A stretch of DNA of 64,000 nucleotides from an uncultured Chloroflexia bacterium (GCA_963813335.1 CAWEYL010000001.1:32001-96000); one strand, 5' to 3'; shown: positions 9,940 through 23,436, counted from the first letter of the stretch. Translations and numbers: made by a program. The notes: generated by a model not told the origin, from the letters alone.

Positions 9940-10992
9940 TCAGGCCAGGCCGTTCCGGATCGCCCAGGCCGTCGCGTCGGCGCGGCCGCGCGCGTCGATC
10001 TTGCGGTAGACGTTGCTCACGTGGCGCTCGACCGTGTTGATCGAGATCCCGAGGCTCGCGGCGATCTGGCCGTTCGATCCCCCGGCGGCGACGAGCCGGA
10101 GCACCTCGCGCTCGCGCGGCGAGAGCCCGCCGGTGGCGTCGCCACGGACCGGCGCCGACGCGGCCGGACGCGTCGCCATCGATGGGTCGAGCGCGAACGC
10201 CGTCAGCAGGTCGACCATCTCGTCGGTGCCTTCGAAGAACAGGGTCGCCGAACGGCCGTCGACGACCTCGAGCCGTCCGTGCGGCATCGCGTCGGCGAGC
10301 GCGCGCGAGACCTCGAGCGGGATGACGGTCGCGTCGCGGCGATGGATGACGATGGCCGGCGCCCGGACCAGCGGGGCCGCGTCGGACACGTCGATCTCGC
10401 CGGACGCCTGCAGCGTCGCCTTGGCGATGGCCGGGCTGGTCGAGGTCCGGAAGACCTCGGCCGCGAGCCGCCCGTCCTCCCCGCCCGGCCAGCCGAGCCA
10501 CGCGTGGGTGACCGATTCGACGAAGGTGTCCCAGTCGCGGTCGATGAGGCTGAGCAGCGCCTGGGTGCCCGGTCCGCTCATCAGGTCCCAGCCGCGCAGG
10601 GCGCCGCCGAAGAGGGCGAGGCCGCGGACCCGGTCGGGATGCCGCGCGGCCCACGCGACCGCCGACATCGCCGAGTGGTAGAAGCCGAAGAGCACGACAT
10701 CGCGGGCCCCGGCGGCCGCCAGCACCGCGTCGAGGTCGCGCAGGTCGGCCTCGAGCGAGACGTCGTCGACCTCGCGCTGGCTGCGCCCGGTGCCGCGCCC
10801 GTCGTACTGGATGAGCCGGACGCGCTCGCCGAGCCGGCCGTAGGCACGCTGCAGGACCGGGATCCGCCACTCCGCCTCGAGGTTCGAGAGCGGGACGCCC
10901 GGCATGTGGACGAACACCGGGCCCGAGCCGACCGCGGACCACGCGATGCGGACGCCGTCGCTCGCGGTCGCGAACTCCATCACGGGGGTCAT
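9940..10992 (-). CDS. Alpha/beta-hydrolase-fold sensor fused to a LuxR HTH transcriptional regulator
   Basis: YDGRGTGRS hydrolase motif; C-terminal LSPREREVL..NGQIA..ISINTVERHVSNVYRK. Confidence 0.88.
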   Translation of the reverse strand: MTPVMEFATASDGVRIAWSAVGSGPVFVHMPGVPLSNLEAEWRIPVLQRAYGRLGERVRLIQYDGRGTGRSQREVDDVSLEADLRDLDAVLAAAGARDVVLFGFYHSAMSAVAWAARHPDRVRGLALFGGALRGWDLMSGPGTQALLSLIDRDWDTFVESVTHAWLGWPGGEDGRLAAEVFRTSTSPAIAKATLQASGEIDVSDAAPLVRAPAIVIHRRDATVIPLEVSRALADAMPHGRLEVVDGRSATLFFEGTDEMVDLLTAFALDPSMATRPAASAPVRGDATGGLSPREREVLRLVAAGGSNGQIAASLGISINTVERHVSNVYRKIDARGRADATAWAIRNGLA

Positions 10993-11000
10993 CGCCGGAG

Positions 11001-11369
11001 CTACATCTCCATCGGGCTCATGAGCTGGAAGTAGTTGCCGTCGGGGTCGGCGAGCGTCGCGATCGACGTGTTCGTGATCTGCCCGTCCGCGTCGAAGTCG
11101 TACGGCTCGCGGACGACGATCGCGCCGGCGGCCTTCATCCGCTCGAAGTCGCCCTTGACGTCCTTGGTCTCGATGTTCCAGATGAGCCGGCCCGGGACGG
11201 TATTGCTGCCGTGGACCTCGGAGTGCGGCCCGCACGTGACCCAGCCCGAGCCGACCTGCCAGGCGGTGTACCCGCCGTCCGAGAAGGCCGGTGCGCCGAG
11301 CAGCTTCGAGTAGTACTCGACCAGGCGCTCGGGGTTCTCCGTCCCGATCAGGATGCTGTTGAAGTCCAT
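11001..11369 (-). CDS. VOC / glyoxalase family protein
   Basis: C-terminal ATLADPDGNYFQL, GGAGG RBS. Confidence 0.85.
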   Translation of the reverse strand: MDFNSILIGTENPERLVEYYSKLLGAPAFSDGGYTAWQVGSGWVTCGPHSEVHGSNTVPGRLIWNIETKDVKGDFERMKAAGAIVVREPYDFDADGQITNTSIATLADPDGNYFQLMSPMEM

Positions 11370-11461
11370 CTGGAGCCTCCTCGGCCGACGTGATTCCTGA
11401 CAGCCCATGGCAGGTCCGCGGCGTATATCGAGCATGACACGTCAGACATGAAGGAGACGTC

Positions 11462-11986
11462 ATGGGAAGCACCAGCAGCACGGTCCTCGGCATCGCGCCC
11501 GAGACCTTCGAGCCCGGCCCGGCCGTCCACGACTTCGACTTCTACATGGGCACCTGGGCGGTCCACCACCGACGGCTCGTCAAGCGCCTCGCGGGCAGCG
11601 ACGAGTGGGCCGAGTTCGAGGGCGCGTCGACCGCCTGGCCGATCCTCGACGGGGCCGGCAACATCGACGACAACGTCCTCGAGCTGCCCGATGGCGAGTA
11701 TCGGGCGATCTCGCTGCGGACCTACGACCCCGAGACCGACCGCTGGTCGATCTGGTGGCTCGACGGGCGGACACCCGGCCGGCTCGACCCGCCGGTGGTC
11801 GGCGGCTTCGTGGACGGGATCGGCACGTTCATCGCCGAGGACACGTTCGATGGCCGGCCCATCCTGGTCCGCTTCCTGTGGTCCGACATCACCGCCACGA
11901 CCTGCCGCTGGGAGCAGGCGTTCTCCGCGGACGGCGGCGCGACCTGGGAGGTCAACTGGGTGATGACCTCGACGCGGATCGCCTGA
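11462..11986 (+). CDS. DUF1579-like protein
   Basis: HDFDF..G.W.VHHRRL..WEQAFSADGGATWEVNW. Confidence 0.75.
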   Translation: MGSTSSTVLGIAPETFEPGPAVHDFDFYMGTWAVHHRRLVKRLAGSDEWAEFEGASTAWPILDGAGNIDDNVLELPDGEYRAISLRTYDPETDRWSIWWLDGRTPGRLDPPVVGGFVDGIGTFIAEDTFDGRPILVRFLWSDITATTCRWEQAFSADGGATWEVNWVMTSTRIA

Positions 11987-12051
11987 GGGGGTCCTCGCGA
12001 CCGCCCGCTACGATGGCTGGAGTCAGTCGACTCGAGCGAAAGGGGAGGACC

Positions 12052-12437
12052 ATGGCTTCGTGGCCGGGCGGGATCTCCGCCATCACGCTGTTCGTCGAGG
12101 ATCTCGAGGCGTCGAAGGCCGTTCTACCAGGACGCGTTCGGCCTGCCCGTCTTCTACGAGGACCCCAACTCGGCCGTGTTCCAGTTCAAGGACACGGTCA
12201 TCAACCTGCTCGACGTCAGCGAGGCGCCGTCGCTGATCCATCCGGCGACGGTCGCCTCTCGCGACGCCGGCCACCGCTTCCAGTTCACGCTGGCGGTCGA
12301 CGACGTCGACGCGATGGTCGCCGAGCTCCGCTCCCGCGGCGTCGAGATCCTCAACGGCCCGATCGACCGGCCGTGGGGCATCCGGACCGCCAGCTTCGAG
12401 GATCCCGGCCGGCCACATCTGGGAGATCGCGAAGTAG
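12052..12437 (+). CDS. VOC / glyoxalase family protein (frameshifts near 12120 and 12410)
   Basis: ISAITLFVEDL..FY..; GPIDRPWGIRTASFEDP.GHIWEIAK across frames. Confidence 0.8.
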
Positions 12438-12514
12438 GTCGCTCGGTGCCCGCCATCGAGACGGTCACGTGACGGCCGGGGTCTAGCGTTCCCCAGACCT
12501 GCGGGAGGCCAACC

Positions 12515-13753
12515 ATGTTGCGTGTCTTCATCTCATCGACCGTCCGGGATCTCGAGGCCCATCGAGAGGCGGTCATCGACAAGGTGGAGCAGATGGGCGC
12601 CACGGTCGTCGCCTTGGAGCAGTTCGGCGCCCGCGACGCGCGCCCAAAGGCCGAGTGCCTGCGCATCATCCGCGAGGAGACCGATGTCCTCGTCGGGATC
12701 TATGCCCACCGCTATGGCTTCATCCCGAAGGGCGACGAGAAGTCCATCACCCAGCAGGAATACGAGCAAGCGCTCGTCGCGAAGAAGCCCACGTTCGCGT
12801 ACATCGTCAAGACGGAGTACGACTGGCCGGCCGACCAGGTCGAAGGCGGCGTGGGTGGCGAGAAGCTGTCGACCTTCCTGACGCAGCTCAAGGAGGATCG
12901 CATCGTCGAGCGCTTCACGACGGCCGACAAGCTGGCGGGCTCCGTCGTCGCCGACCTCGGCCGCTACGTCGCCGGCGACCTCTCGCAGACCGTCGTCCGG
13001 CACGGGCAGATCCATCGCCCACCGGAGGACTGGGTGTCCGGCGCCAAGCAGAACGCCCTGCCGTACAAGCTCGTGGTCTTCGACTTCGACGGGACGCTCC
13101 TTCGGGGCAACGAATTCGATTTCTCGTGGGAGGCGATCTGGAACTCGCTCGGCTTCGCGCAGTCCCAACAGAAGGCACTTCGGGTGGCGTATCGCAAGCG
13201 GGCCGCGCCAGGCGTCCCGACCGCCGAGCGGATCGCCGCGTACCAGGACTGGTGCGACAAGGCCGTGGACAAGTTCAAGGCCCGTGGCCTGACTCGGACC
13301 CAGCTCCGCGAGCTGACGACGCCGATGCATCTGACCGTCAACTGCCGGGAGGCGCTGACGAAGCTCCGGGAAGCTGGGGTCGCGACGGCGCTGGTGTCGG
13401 GCGGGGTGAACACCTTCGTCGAAGATGCGTTCCCCGACTTTCGCGAGTACTTCGACTTCGCCTTCATCAACGAGCTCGCCTTCACGGACGACGGGGTCAT
13501 CCAGGGCGTTCTCGCGACGGCGTACGACTTCGAGGGCAAGACCGACGCCATGGACCTCATTCGCAAGCGAGTGGGTTGCGCGCGGGAGGAGACGGTCTTC
13601 GTTGGCGATCGATTCAATGACGTGGCCGTCCTGCTAGCCGTCGGCCTGGGCATCGCCTATCCCCCGACCGACTTCGAGACGCGCGAGAACGCCAACGTGG
13701 TCGTCGAGGATGACGACCTCCTCGAGATCCTGCCGCACGTCTTCGGGACCTGA
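12515..13753 (+). CDS. DUF4062 domain fused to a HAD-family (phosphoserine-phosphatase-like) phosphatase
   Basis: N-terminal RVFISST..DL..R..GIYAHRYG..SITQQEY; C-terminal FDFDGTL, VSGG, K, VGDRFND HAD motifs I-IV. Confidence 0.85.
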   Translation: MLRVFISSTVRDLEAHREAVIDKVEQMGATVVALEQFGARDARPKAECLRIIREETDVLVGIYAHRYGFIPKGDEKSITQQEYEQALVAKKPTFAYIVKTEYDWPADQVEGGVGGEKLSTFLTQLKEDRIVERFTTADKLAGSVVADLGRYVAGDLSQTVVRHGQIHRPPEDWVSGAKQNALPYKLVVFDFDGTLLRGNEFDFSWEAIWNSLGFAQSQQKALRVAYRKRAAPGVPTAERIAAYQDWCDKAVDKFKARGLTRTQLRELTTPMHLTVNCREALTKLREAGVATALVSGGVNTFVEDAFPDFREYFDFAFINELAFTDDGVIQGVLATAYDFEGKTDAMDLIRKRVGCAREETVFVGDRFNDVAVLLAVGLGIAYPPTDFETRENANVVVEDDDLLEILPHVFGT

Positions 13754-13783
13754 GGGGGTCTGGCGCCCGGTCCGAACACAAAG

Positions 13784-13816
13784 ACGGCCGGGAGGCCCCA
13801 AAAGCCTCCCAGCCGT
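13784..13816 (-). terminator. Hairpin terminator between convergent genes
   Basis: acggccgggaggc..gcctcccagccgt, followed by ctttgtgtt on the minus strand. Confidence 0.55.
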
Positions 13817-13853
13817 TCCGAATCCTACGCCCGGGTGGCAAGCACCCTTCGCG

Positions 13854-14672
13854 CTACGGCGTGGTCACCGTGAAGGTATCGGTGCTCGTGAGATCCGTGC
13901 CCCCGACCGTCACCGTCAACGGGCCGGTCGTGGCCCCATCGGGCACTGTCACGGTCAGCTTCTTCGCGGCGTCATCCCAGGCCGGGTCAGTCCCCGCCGC
14001 GCCCCCGCCGAAGGCCACCGGGGCGATCCCGGTGAGGCCGCCGCCGGTGATGGCGACCTGGCTGCCGACGGCGCCGGAGGTCGGTGAGAAGGCGATCGGT
14101 GGAGGCGCGTCCTTGATCAATTCGCTGCCGGGCTTCTCGGGGGCCAGGATCGTCTCGAACACGGTCTTGAGCTTCGAGGCGGCCTGCGCGCTGAACATGC
14201 CCGTCAGGGCCGCGATCGCTGCGAACCCCCAGATATTGCCTTCCGAGCCGTCGACCCCCCCAAGGAGCCCGGCGCGCAGGACCACGTACATGATGAGGGC
14301 GATGCCGGCACCCACGAAGGGGATCAGGAAGTATGAGGCGACCCAGCTCCAGACCAGGCTGCGTTCGCCGACGTACTTGAAGAACGAGCGCATGACGTGG
14401 ACCATCGCGCCGAGGGAGCCCATCAGGGCGACCGTGATCAGGAGCTGCTTGTCGCGGGAGATCGTGAAGGTGTTGCCGAGGAAGTTGATCGTCGAGTCCC
14501 CGGCCTGCCCGTCCGCTGGGGCCGTCGGTGGCCAATACGTGATCGTCACGTAGAAGAGCAGGACCGACAGCGCGGCGAAGATCACCAGCAGGACGGCGAC
14601 CCAGAAGGCGCCCACGGCACCTTTCAGGACGCCGGAATCGGTCGGGGGTCTCTTGGGAACGGACGCCGCCAT
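13854..14672 (-). CDS. Multi-pass membrane protein with C-terminal IPT/TIG domain
   Basis: About 4 TM helices (GSLGAMVH, GMFS..A..KL), FSPTSGAVGSQVAITG..VPDGATTGPLTV; AAGGAGG RBS. Confidence 0.75.
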   Translation of the reverse strand: MAASVPKRPPTDSGVLKGAVGAFWVAVLLVIFAALSVLLFYVTITYWPPTAPADGQAGDSTINFLGNTFTISRDKQLLITVALMGSLGAMVHVMRSFFKYVGERSLVWSWVASYFLIPFVGAGIALIMYVVLRAGLLGGVDGSEGNIWGFAAIAALTGMFSAQAASKLKTVFETILAPEKPGSELIKDAPPPIAFSPTSGAVGSQVAITGGGLTGIAPVAFGGGAAGTDPAWDDAAKKLTVTVPDGATTGPLTVTVGGTDLTSTDTFTVTTP

Positions 14673-14969
14673 TGGATCCTCCTTCGCCAACTCGAGGCGG
14701 AGCTTTCGGACTCTCGCCCTCAACCGGTGCCACCGCTGCCTCACCGCCCTTGACCCCCTCGGTACCGATCCGCGACGTTGGGTCGATCGATCTGCGATGG
14801 GAGCCGATCGCGCGCCAGCCAACACACCTTATGTGGCGGGCGTCACGTTGCCGTCACGACGGCTCACGGCTGCGGATCCGGCGGTGTCATCCGGCTCGGG
14901 GTGGACCCAGCCCTCTACACTCGGTCCAATGCGGGCCATGAGCCGACGCCCGCGGAGGGAGAGCGATCC

Positions 14970-15269
14970 ATGTGCTGCCTGATCTCGACGCTGTTCCTGA
15001 TGGGGCCGAGGGCCGCGATCCTCGTCTGGTGGCTGCTCCAACCGGTGCGCTGGAGCCAGAGCTTCGACACGTTCATCTGGCCGTTCCTCGGCTTCCTGAT
15101 CGCCCCGTGGACGACCCTGATGTACGTCGTCGTGTTCCCCGCCGGGATCAACGGCTTCGACTACGTCTGGATGGCGATCGCGGTGGTGATGGACCTGATC
15201 ACCTGGTTCGGCGGCGGCTACTCGAACCGGGGCCGCCTCCCGTCGTCGACTGGGCCGACCCAGCTCTGA
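14970..15269 (+). CDS. Small membrane protein
   Basis: MCC..GPR..LGFLIAPWTTLMY hydrophobic 99-aa ORF with RBS. Confidence 0.7.
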   Translation: MCCLISTLFLMGPRAAILVWWLLQPVRWSQSFDTFIWPFLGFLIAPWTTLMYVVVFPAGINGFDYVWMAIAVVMDLITWFGGGYSNRGRLPSSTGPTQL

Positions 15270-15347
15270 TCCTTCGAACGCCAGCGAGATCCCCCAGTCG
15301 TAGGATGAGTCGCCGACACCGGCGAGTCGCTGCGACAGGGAACTCGG

Positions 15348-18300
15348 ATGCAGAGACGACGGCTACGCGGACCAGCCAGGTACTACGTTGCCGCGCTCGT
15401 CGTGGTGCTCGTGGCCGTCGGGCTGGTCGTGGTCGCGCGCACTGTCAGCCAGCCCCCGAGCGCGGCTCTGCCGACCCCCGGCGCGGCGTCGCCACCGGGC
15501 GCAGAGTCGCCGCTCCGCCAGGCCCTCGATGGCATCCGCGACGACGGGACATGGTCGAAGGACACCGCGCTCGCCGCGTTCGCGGCCGCGTTCGGTCCGC
15601 TCCCCGACGTCCCGGTCCCGCCCGCTGACCCGACCTACCACTCCGGCACGGCGGCGCTCGAGATGGTCGAGGCCAAGTGGTCCGAGTTGACCGACGCCCA
15701 GCGACAGGCTATTCGCGCATACCTAGGACCCGTCGCGCCCGAGGTCGTCCCGGCGGCCTTCCATGGTGTGGCGCTCGACACCTACCAGACCCTGGCCGAA
15801 CAGGCGGCCACCGACATCGCGGCCCATCTCGGCCGACCGCTGGGCATGCCGATCGAGGTGTACCTCTCCGACGTCGAGAACGCCACGGACTGGGCCTGGG
15901 CCACCGGCATCTGGTACCAGACCCCGCCGGAGCCGCTTCCCCACCTGTGCAAGGTCTCGATCCCACCGTCCACGGCCAAGGACGCGTCACGCGCGCCCTA
16001 TCTCCGCTGGCTGATCACCCACGAGATGTTCCACTGCTTCGAGCACACGCTGGTCGACCACGCGACGTCGCTCAAGGTGCCGAGGTGGGTCACGGAGGGC
16101 GAAGCCAATTGGGTCGCCGAGGCCATCACTGACGGTGTCGGCGAACCCCCGGGCGTCGATGTGGACTGGGACCGCTACATCACCGATCCCGAGCAGGAAG
16201 CTGTACGCCCGCGTCTACGACGGGATGGGGTTCTTCGCCCAGCTCGCCCAGGTCGGGATCGACCCTTGGACGATCCTCGACGCCACGTACAAGGCCGGCA
16301 CTGGCGGCAGCGATGCCGCCTTCGAGGCCTCCGGGGCGAATACCCCCACCTTCACCGACCGGTGGGGCTCCAGCTGGTATCGCGACGGCGAGTCGACCGC
16401 GGCCTGGGCGATGACCAGCGGGTACGGGATCACTGGACTCAGCCACTACGCCACTCCGGGCCAGATCCACCTCGTCGACGGGGGATCTGCGTCGATCAGC
16501 GCGGACCCGCTCACGGCGACCATCTCGAACGTCAACACGACCGCCTTCGTCACCCGGATCGAGGTCCCGACCGGGACCGCGCGGGTGGGCGAGCGGCGAG
16601 CGGGTGGGCTCGACAAGGTCGTCCGAGGATCCACGCTCGACCTCTGCACGAGCGCGTCGGGCGACTGCACCTGCCCGCAGGGGACGACGGCCCTCAGCTC
16701 CACGCCGCAGGTGGCGCCGCAGGACCTGCGACTCGCCGCGACGGGCGAGGAGCACACCACCACCACCGTGGACCTGCGCGGGATCTCCATGGCCGAGTGG
16801 TGCACCCCGAAGATCCTCGTGCGAGGCGAACTGCGGTGGAAGCAACGGCGATCCGCACCTGCGCACCGTCGACGGCGTGCGCTACGACCTCCAGGCCGCC
16901 GGCGAGTACGTCCTGCTTCGATCTGCCGATGGCTCGATCGAGATCCAGGGTCGCCAGGAGCGTCCGACCGCCGGAGAGAACACCACCATCGACACCGCGA
17001 TCGCGGTCAAGGCCGCTGGGCACCGGATCGGCTTCTACATCGCGCCGTCGGGCCCACCGCAGGTCCACGTCGACGGGGTGGCGCTCGACGGGGCGACGGC
17101 GGGCTCGACCGATCTGGGCACGGGGACGAAGCTCCAGGCCTATCAGCGCGGCTACCAGCTCGACCTCCCGGACGGGACCAGGTTGTGGGCGTTGTCCGTC
17201 GGCCGCTGGGGGATCAACCTCCTGGTCCTGCCATCGGACGCGCTGCGGGCCTCGGGTGTCGGCTTGATCTCGCGGATCCCCGATGGGGCGGGCCTGCGCC
17301 TTCCGGCCCCGGCCGACGGGTCGCGGATCCCCCTCCCGATCAACCGTCACGAGCGCTACCACGACCTCTATGAGGTCCTCGCGCCCAGCTGGCTCGTGAC
17401 CCCGGCGACGTCGTTGTTCGACTATGCCTCGGGTCAGACGACCGCATCCTTCAGCGTCGCAGGGTTCCCGCCCGAGGCGGTGCCGGAGACGACCGCGGAC
17501 CTGCCCGCAGCGACCCTCACGATCGCCCAGGCCGCGTGCAGCGGCGTGACCGACACCGACCTCGCCGACCAGTGCGCCTATGACGTCGCGGTCACCGGTT
17601 CGAACGACTACGTCACGTTGTACCAGGTGACCGACGAGCTGCAGACGCAGGGACCGGCGTCGCTGGACCTGCCGCTCCCCACGCCGGGATCGGGCGGCAC
17701 CGGCGGCACGCCGACCGGCGCCATCGTCGTCGAGGACCACGTCACCGGGACCGGCGGTCATGTCGTGGGTCCGGACGGGACGCTGTACCTCAGCGTCTCC
17801 GAGGCCAGCCAGTCGGCCGGCGGCTCGACGGCCATGCTGCTGGCCATCGATGGGGCGACCGGCAAGGTCAAGCAGCGTGCCTCGGGGGCGGACATCGGGG
17901 ATCTCGCCTGGGCGGCGGGCTCGCTCTGGGCGGGTGAGTTCAGCCGCAAGGATGCGAACACCTGCGAGGTGACCCGGCTCGACCCGGCCACGCTCGCGGT
18001 CCAGGCGACCGTCCCGACGACCTGTTTCGGTCAGACGGCCTTCGCCGCGGTCGGCGACGCGATCTGGTTCGCGGACGCGACCGGCGCCGACGCAAGCGGC
18101 AGCGGCGGGCACCTGCGACGCATCGACCCGGCCACGAACCAGGTCGATCCGAGCCCGAGCGGGAGTGTCGTGATGCCGTTCGTGTCGGGCACGCTCGCCC
18201 TCGGACGGGAGGGCTCGGTCTTCACCTCGACCTCCGAGGGCCTCATCTACGGGGACCGCGAACACGGACTGTTCCGGTTCACGGCGGCCGACGGCGCCTT

Positions 18301-18745
18301 CCGACCGCTCGGTCAGCCCGGGAACGGCGGGGTGTGGTACCCGGCCGGGCGGGGCGTCTGGACGCAGACCGAGTCGAGCATCTTCGGCGATGCCGAGGGC
18401 GTCGCGAGCTTCTTCACCGGCGGCTCGACGCCCGATGCGCAGGTCGGGATCAACGGCATGCTCGTCGGTGCCGACGCGTCATCGGTCTACGCCGGCGGCG
18501 TCGTCCAGGACATCACCCAGCCGCAGGACCTGTGGCGCTACCCGGCGGATCGCAGCACGCAGCAGCGGGTCGTCACGAGCGGCGTGATCACGGATGCCTC
18601 GGGCGCCAAGCACGGCCTGAGCTTCCAGGACCCGCGGGTGCCGTTGATCGTGACCGACGACCGCGTGATCAAGCTCTGGCTCGTGCCGTCGCCGACGTCG
18701 GCCGGGCAAGAGGCCCTGGTGTTCCAGTCGGCCCCGCTCCCGTAG
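15348..18745 (+). CDS. Large surface protein: HExxH metallopeptidase-like, VWD and beta-propeller domains (frameshifts near 16195 and 16820)
   Basis: N-terminal TM, HEMFH..W..EG.A, GDPHLRTVDGVRYDLQAAGEY (VWD), repeated RIDPAT blades. Confidence 0.7.
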
Positions 18746-18860
18746 GGGAGGCGCCAAACCTGGCGCTGCGCGTCCGTGGGACCGGCGCGGGGTAGGGGTT
18801 CGGCCAGCAAGGCGCGACAGCGATTCGGGCCAACTGTCGCGGGACATCCCTCCGAATCAA

Positions 18861-18892
18861 CAAACGGCCGGACGATAGCGTCCGGCCGTTTG
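18861..18892. terminator. Terminator hairpin downstream of nrdJ
   Basis: caaacggccggacg-atag-cgtccggccgtttg perfect 14-bp stem. Confidence 0.8.
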
Positions 18893-18913
18893 AATAGCGT
18901 TCGACTCAGGACT

Positions 18914-22084
<3,171 letters not shown>

Positions 22085-22248
22085 CTCTGCCTCTCCTCCA
22101 GTTCGCCAGTTGCCGCTGTTCGCGGCAGCTGCCGCGTTCTCCGTGTCGTCGTGCTTGCCGATCATCCTGGGGGCCGCTCACGGACCGGCGGTCTGGGCCG
22201 GCGAGGAGCGTGTCGTGGGCGACGCGGTGAGATCAGGCGACCCCTCGA

Positions 22249-22277
22249 ACGTTACGCCTGTCGCGAGGGTGAGTCAA
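22249..22277 (-). promoter_or_regulatory. Sigma70-type promoter of nrdJ
   Basis: Minus strand TTGACT-N17-TAACGT. Confidence 0.65.
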
Positions 22278-22285
22278 GCCCGAAA

Positions 22286-22334
22286 ACACAAGATGTAGTG
22301 GTACGTTCGGGTGGCCCGCCGCTACATGTGGTGG
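22286..22334. promoter_or_regulatory. Tandem NrdR boxes
   Basis: ACACAAGATGTAGTGG (22286-22301) and CCGCTACATGTGGTGG (22319-22334), 33 bp apart, resembling acaCwAtATaTwGtg. Confidence 0.8.
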
Positions 22335-22350
22335 TTTCCGCGTTTCGTGC

Positions 22351-22478
22351 TCGTCCACGCTCAGCCCACGTTCGGGGCGTGGTTGTCCACGTTCCGGGGG
22401 GTGTCGTGCACCGGCTCGTGCGGGGTTGTGCACGCGGTCGTCCACCGGTTCGCGGCGGTTGTCCACGGGTCGTGCACA
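22351..22478 (+). promoter_or_regulatory. Cluster of seven DnaA-box-like 9-mers
   Basis: T(T/C)GT(C/G)CAC(A/C/G) at 22351, 22383, 22404, 22426, 22438, 22459 and 22470, all in the same orientation. Confidence 0.55.
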
Positions 22479-22600
22479 GTGTCGCATACCGCACAAGTGT
22501 TCGGTTCTGGGGCGTCGAGGGAGGGCTGTGGCGCTGGTCCGCCGCGACCTGCGCAGCCCGCGGCGCCTGGCGCTTCCCGGCACTCCCCGGCCCCCGCCGA

Positions 22601-22785
22601 ACCTGGCACAACGACCATGGGCAGAACGTTATGGCCGATCCAGGCCCGGACCCGCCGGCTTCGAGGCCGGACCGCCAGTCCCGCGAGCACGGGGCGGACC
22701 GGTTCGGTCGCCGTCCAGGTCCGATTCCGGCGCTCCGGACCCTTCGACCTGCCATAACGTTCTGTGGATGAGCGTCATGCCGGGT
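22601..22785 (+). mobile_element. Inverted-arm element A (36-bp arms, 113-bp spacer)
   Basis: ACCTGGCACAACGACCATGGGCAGAACGTTATGGCC ... TGCCATAACGTTCTGTGGATGAGCGTCATGCCGGGT. Confidence 0.75.
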
Positions 22786-22872
22786 CGGGCGCCCGACGGG
22801 ACCACGCCGAGACGCCCCCGCGACGACCACGACCTAGCCTGACGTCCCGCTCGATACAGGAGGCACGGTCCG

Positions 22873-23322
22873 ATGGAGACGATCGCCGAACCCGACCACG
22901 ACGACGAGGCACGTCGCGCCGCGACGATGAAACGGCTCGACTTCCTCATCGACTGGTATCGCCGCCACGCCGAGCAGGAGCGGCTGGTGTACCGGGTGCT
23001 CAAGGTCCTGTCGATCGGGACGGCCGCGGCCGTCTCGGTGTCGGCGGCCGCTTCGAACCCGCAGGTGGTCACCGCCACACTCGGGGCGCTCATCGTCGTG
23101 TTCGAGACCATCCAGTCGGTCTTCCACCTGCACGCCGACTCGGTGTCATACGCGCAGACCAAGGAGCTGCTGATCCGCGAGAAGGCGCTGTATGACGCGA
23201 GGGCCGGGGGGTATGCCCGTTCGTCGAACCCCGATCGGTACCTGGCCGAGCAGGTCGAGCGGATCGCGGCGGCCGAGCTCTCGTCCTGGGTCGACAAGCA
23301 GACCGACGAGAAGGCCGCGTGA
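22873..23322 (+). CDS. DUF4231 / SLATT-like two-TM protein
   Basis: IDWY, two TM helices, Y..TKELLIREKALY..GGY..ERI...E..W; AGGAGG RBS. Confidence 0.75.
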   Translation: METIAEPDHDDEARRAATMKRLDFLIDWYRRHAEQERLVYRVLKVLSIGTAAAVSVSAAASNPQVVTATLGALIVVFETIQSVFHLHADSVSYAQTKELLIREKALYDARAGGYARSSNPDRYLAEQVERIAAAELSSWVDKQTDEKAA

Positions 23323-23436
23323 CCCGCGGTCGACCGAGCGGCGATCGGCGGGTGGCCGGGCGGTGATCCGCGGTTAACCGAGCGGTGAGTGGCAGGTGGC
23401 TGGCCGATACGTGCCGCCAGTCACGATCTCGGTGTC

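Noticed and set aside
22085-22245. Cobalamin riboswitch in the nrdJ leader
   Set aside because: No recognisable B12-box or conserved core by eye; NrdR boxes already explain the regulation.
22351-22478. oriC
   Set aside because: No AT-rich unwinding element and no dnaA/dnaN nearby; kept only as a DnaA-box-like cluster.
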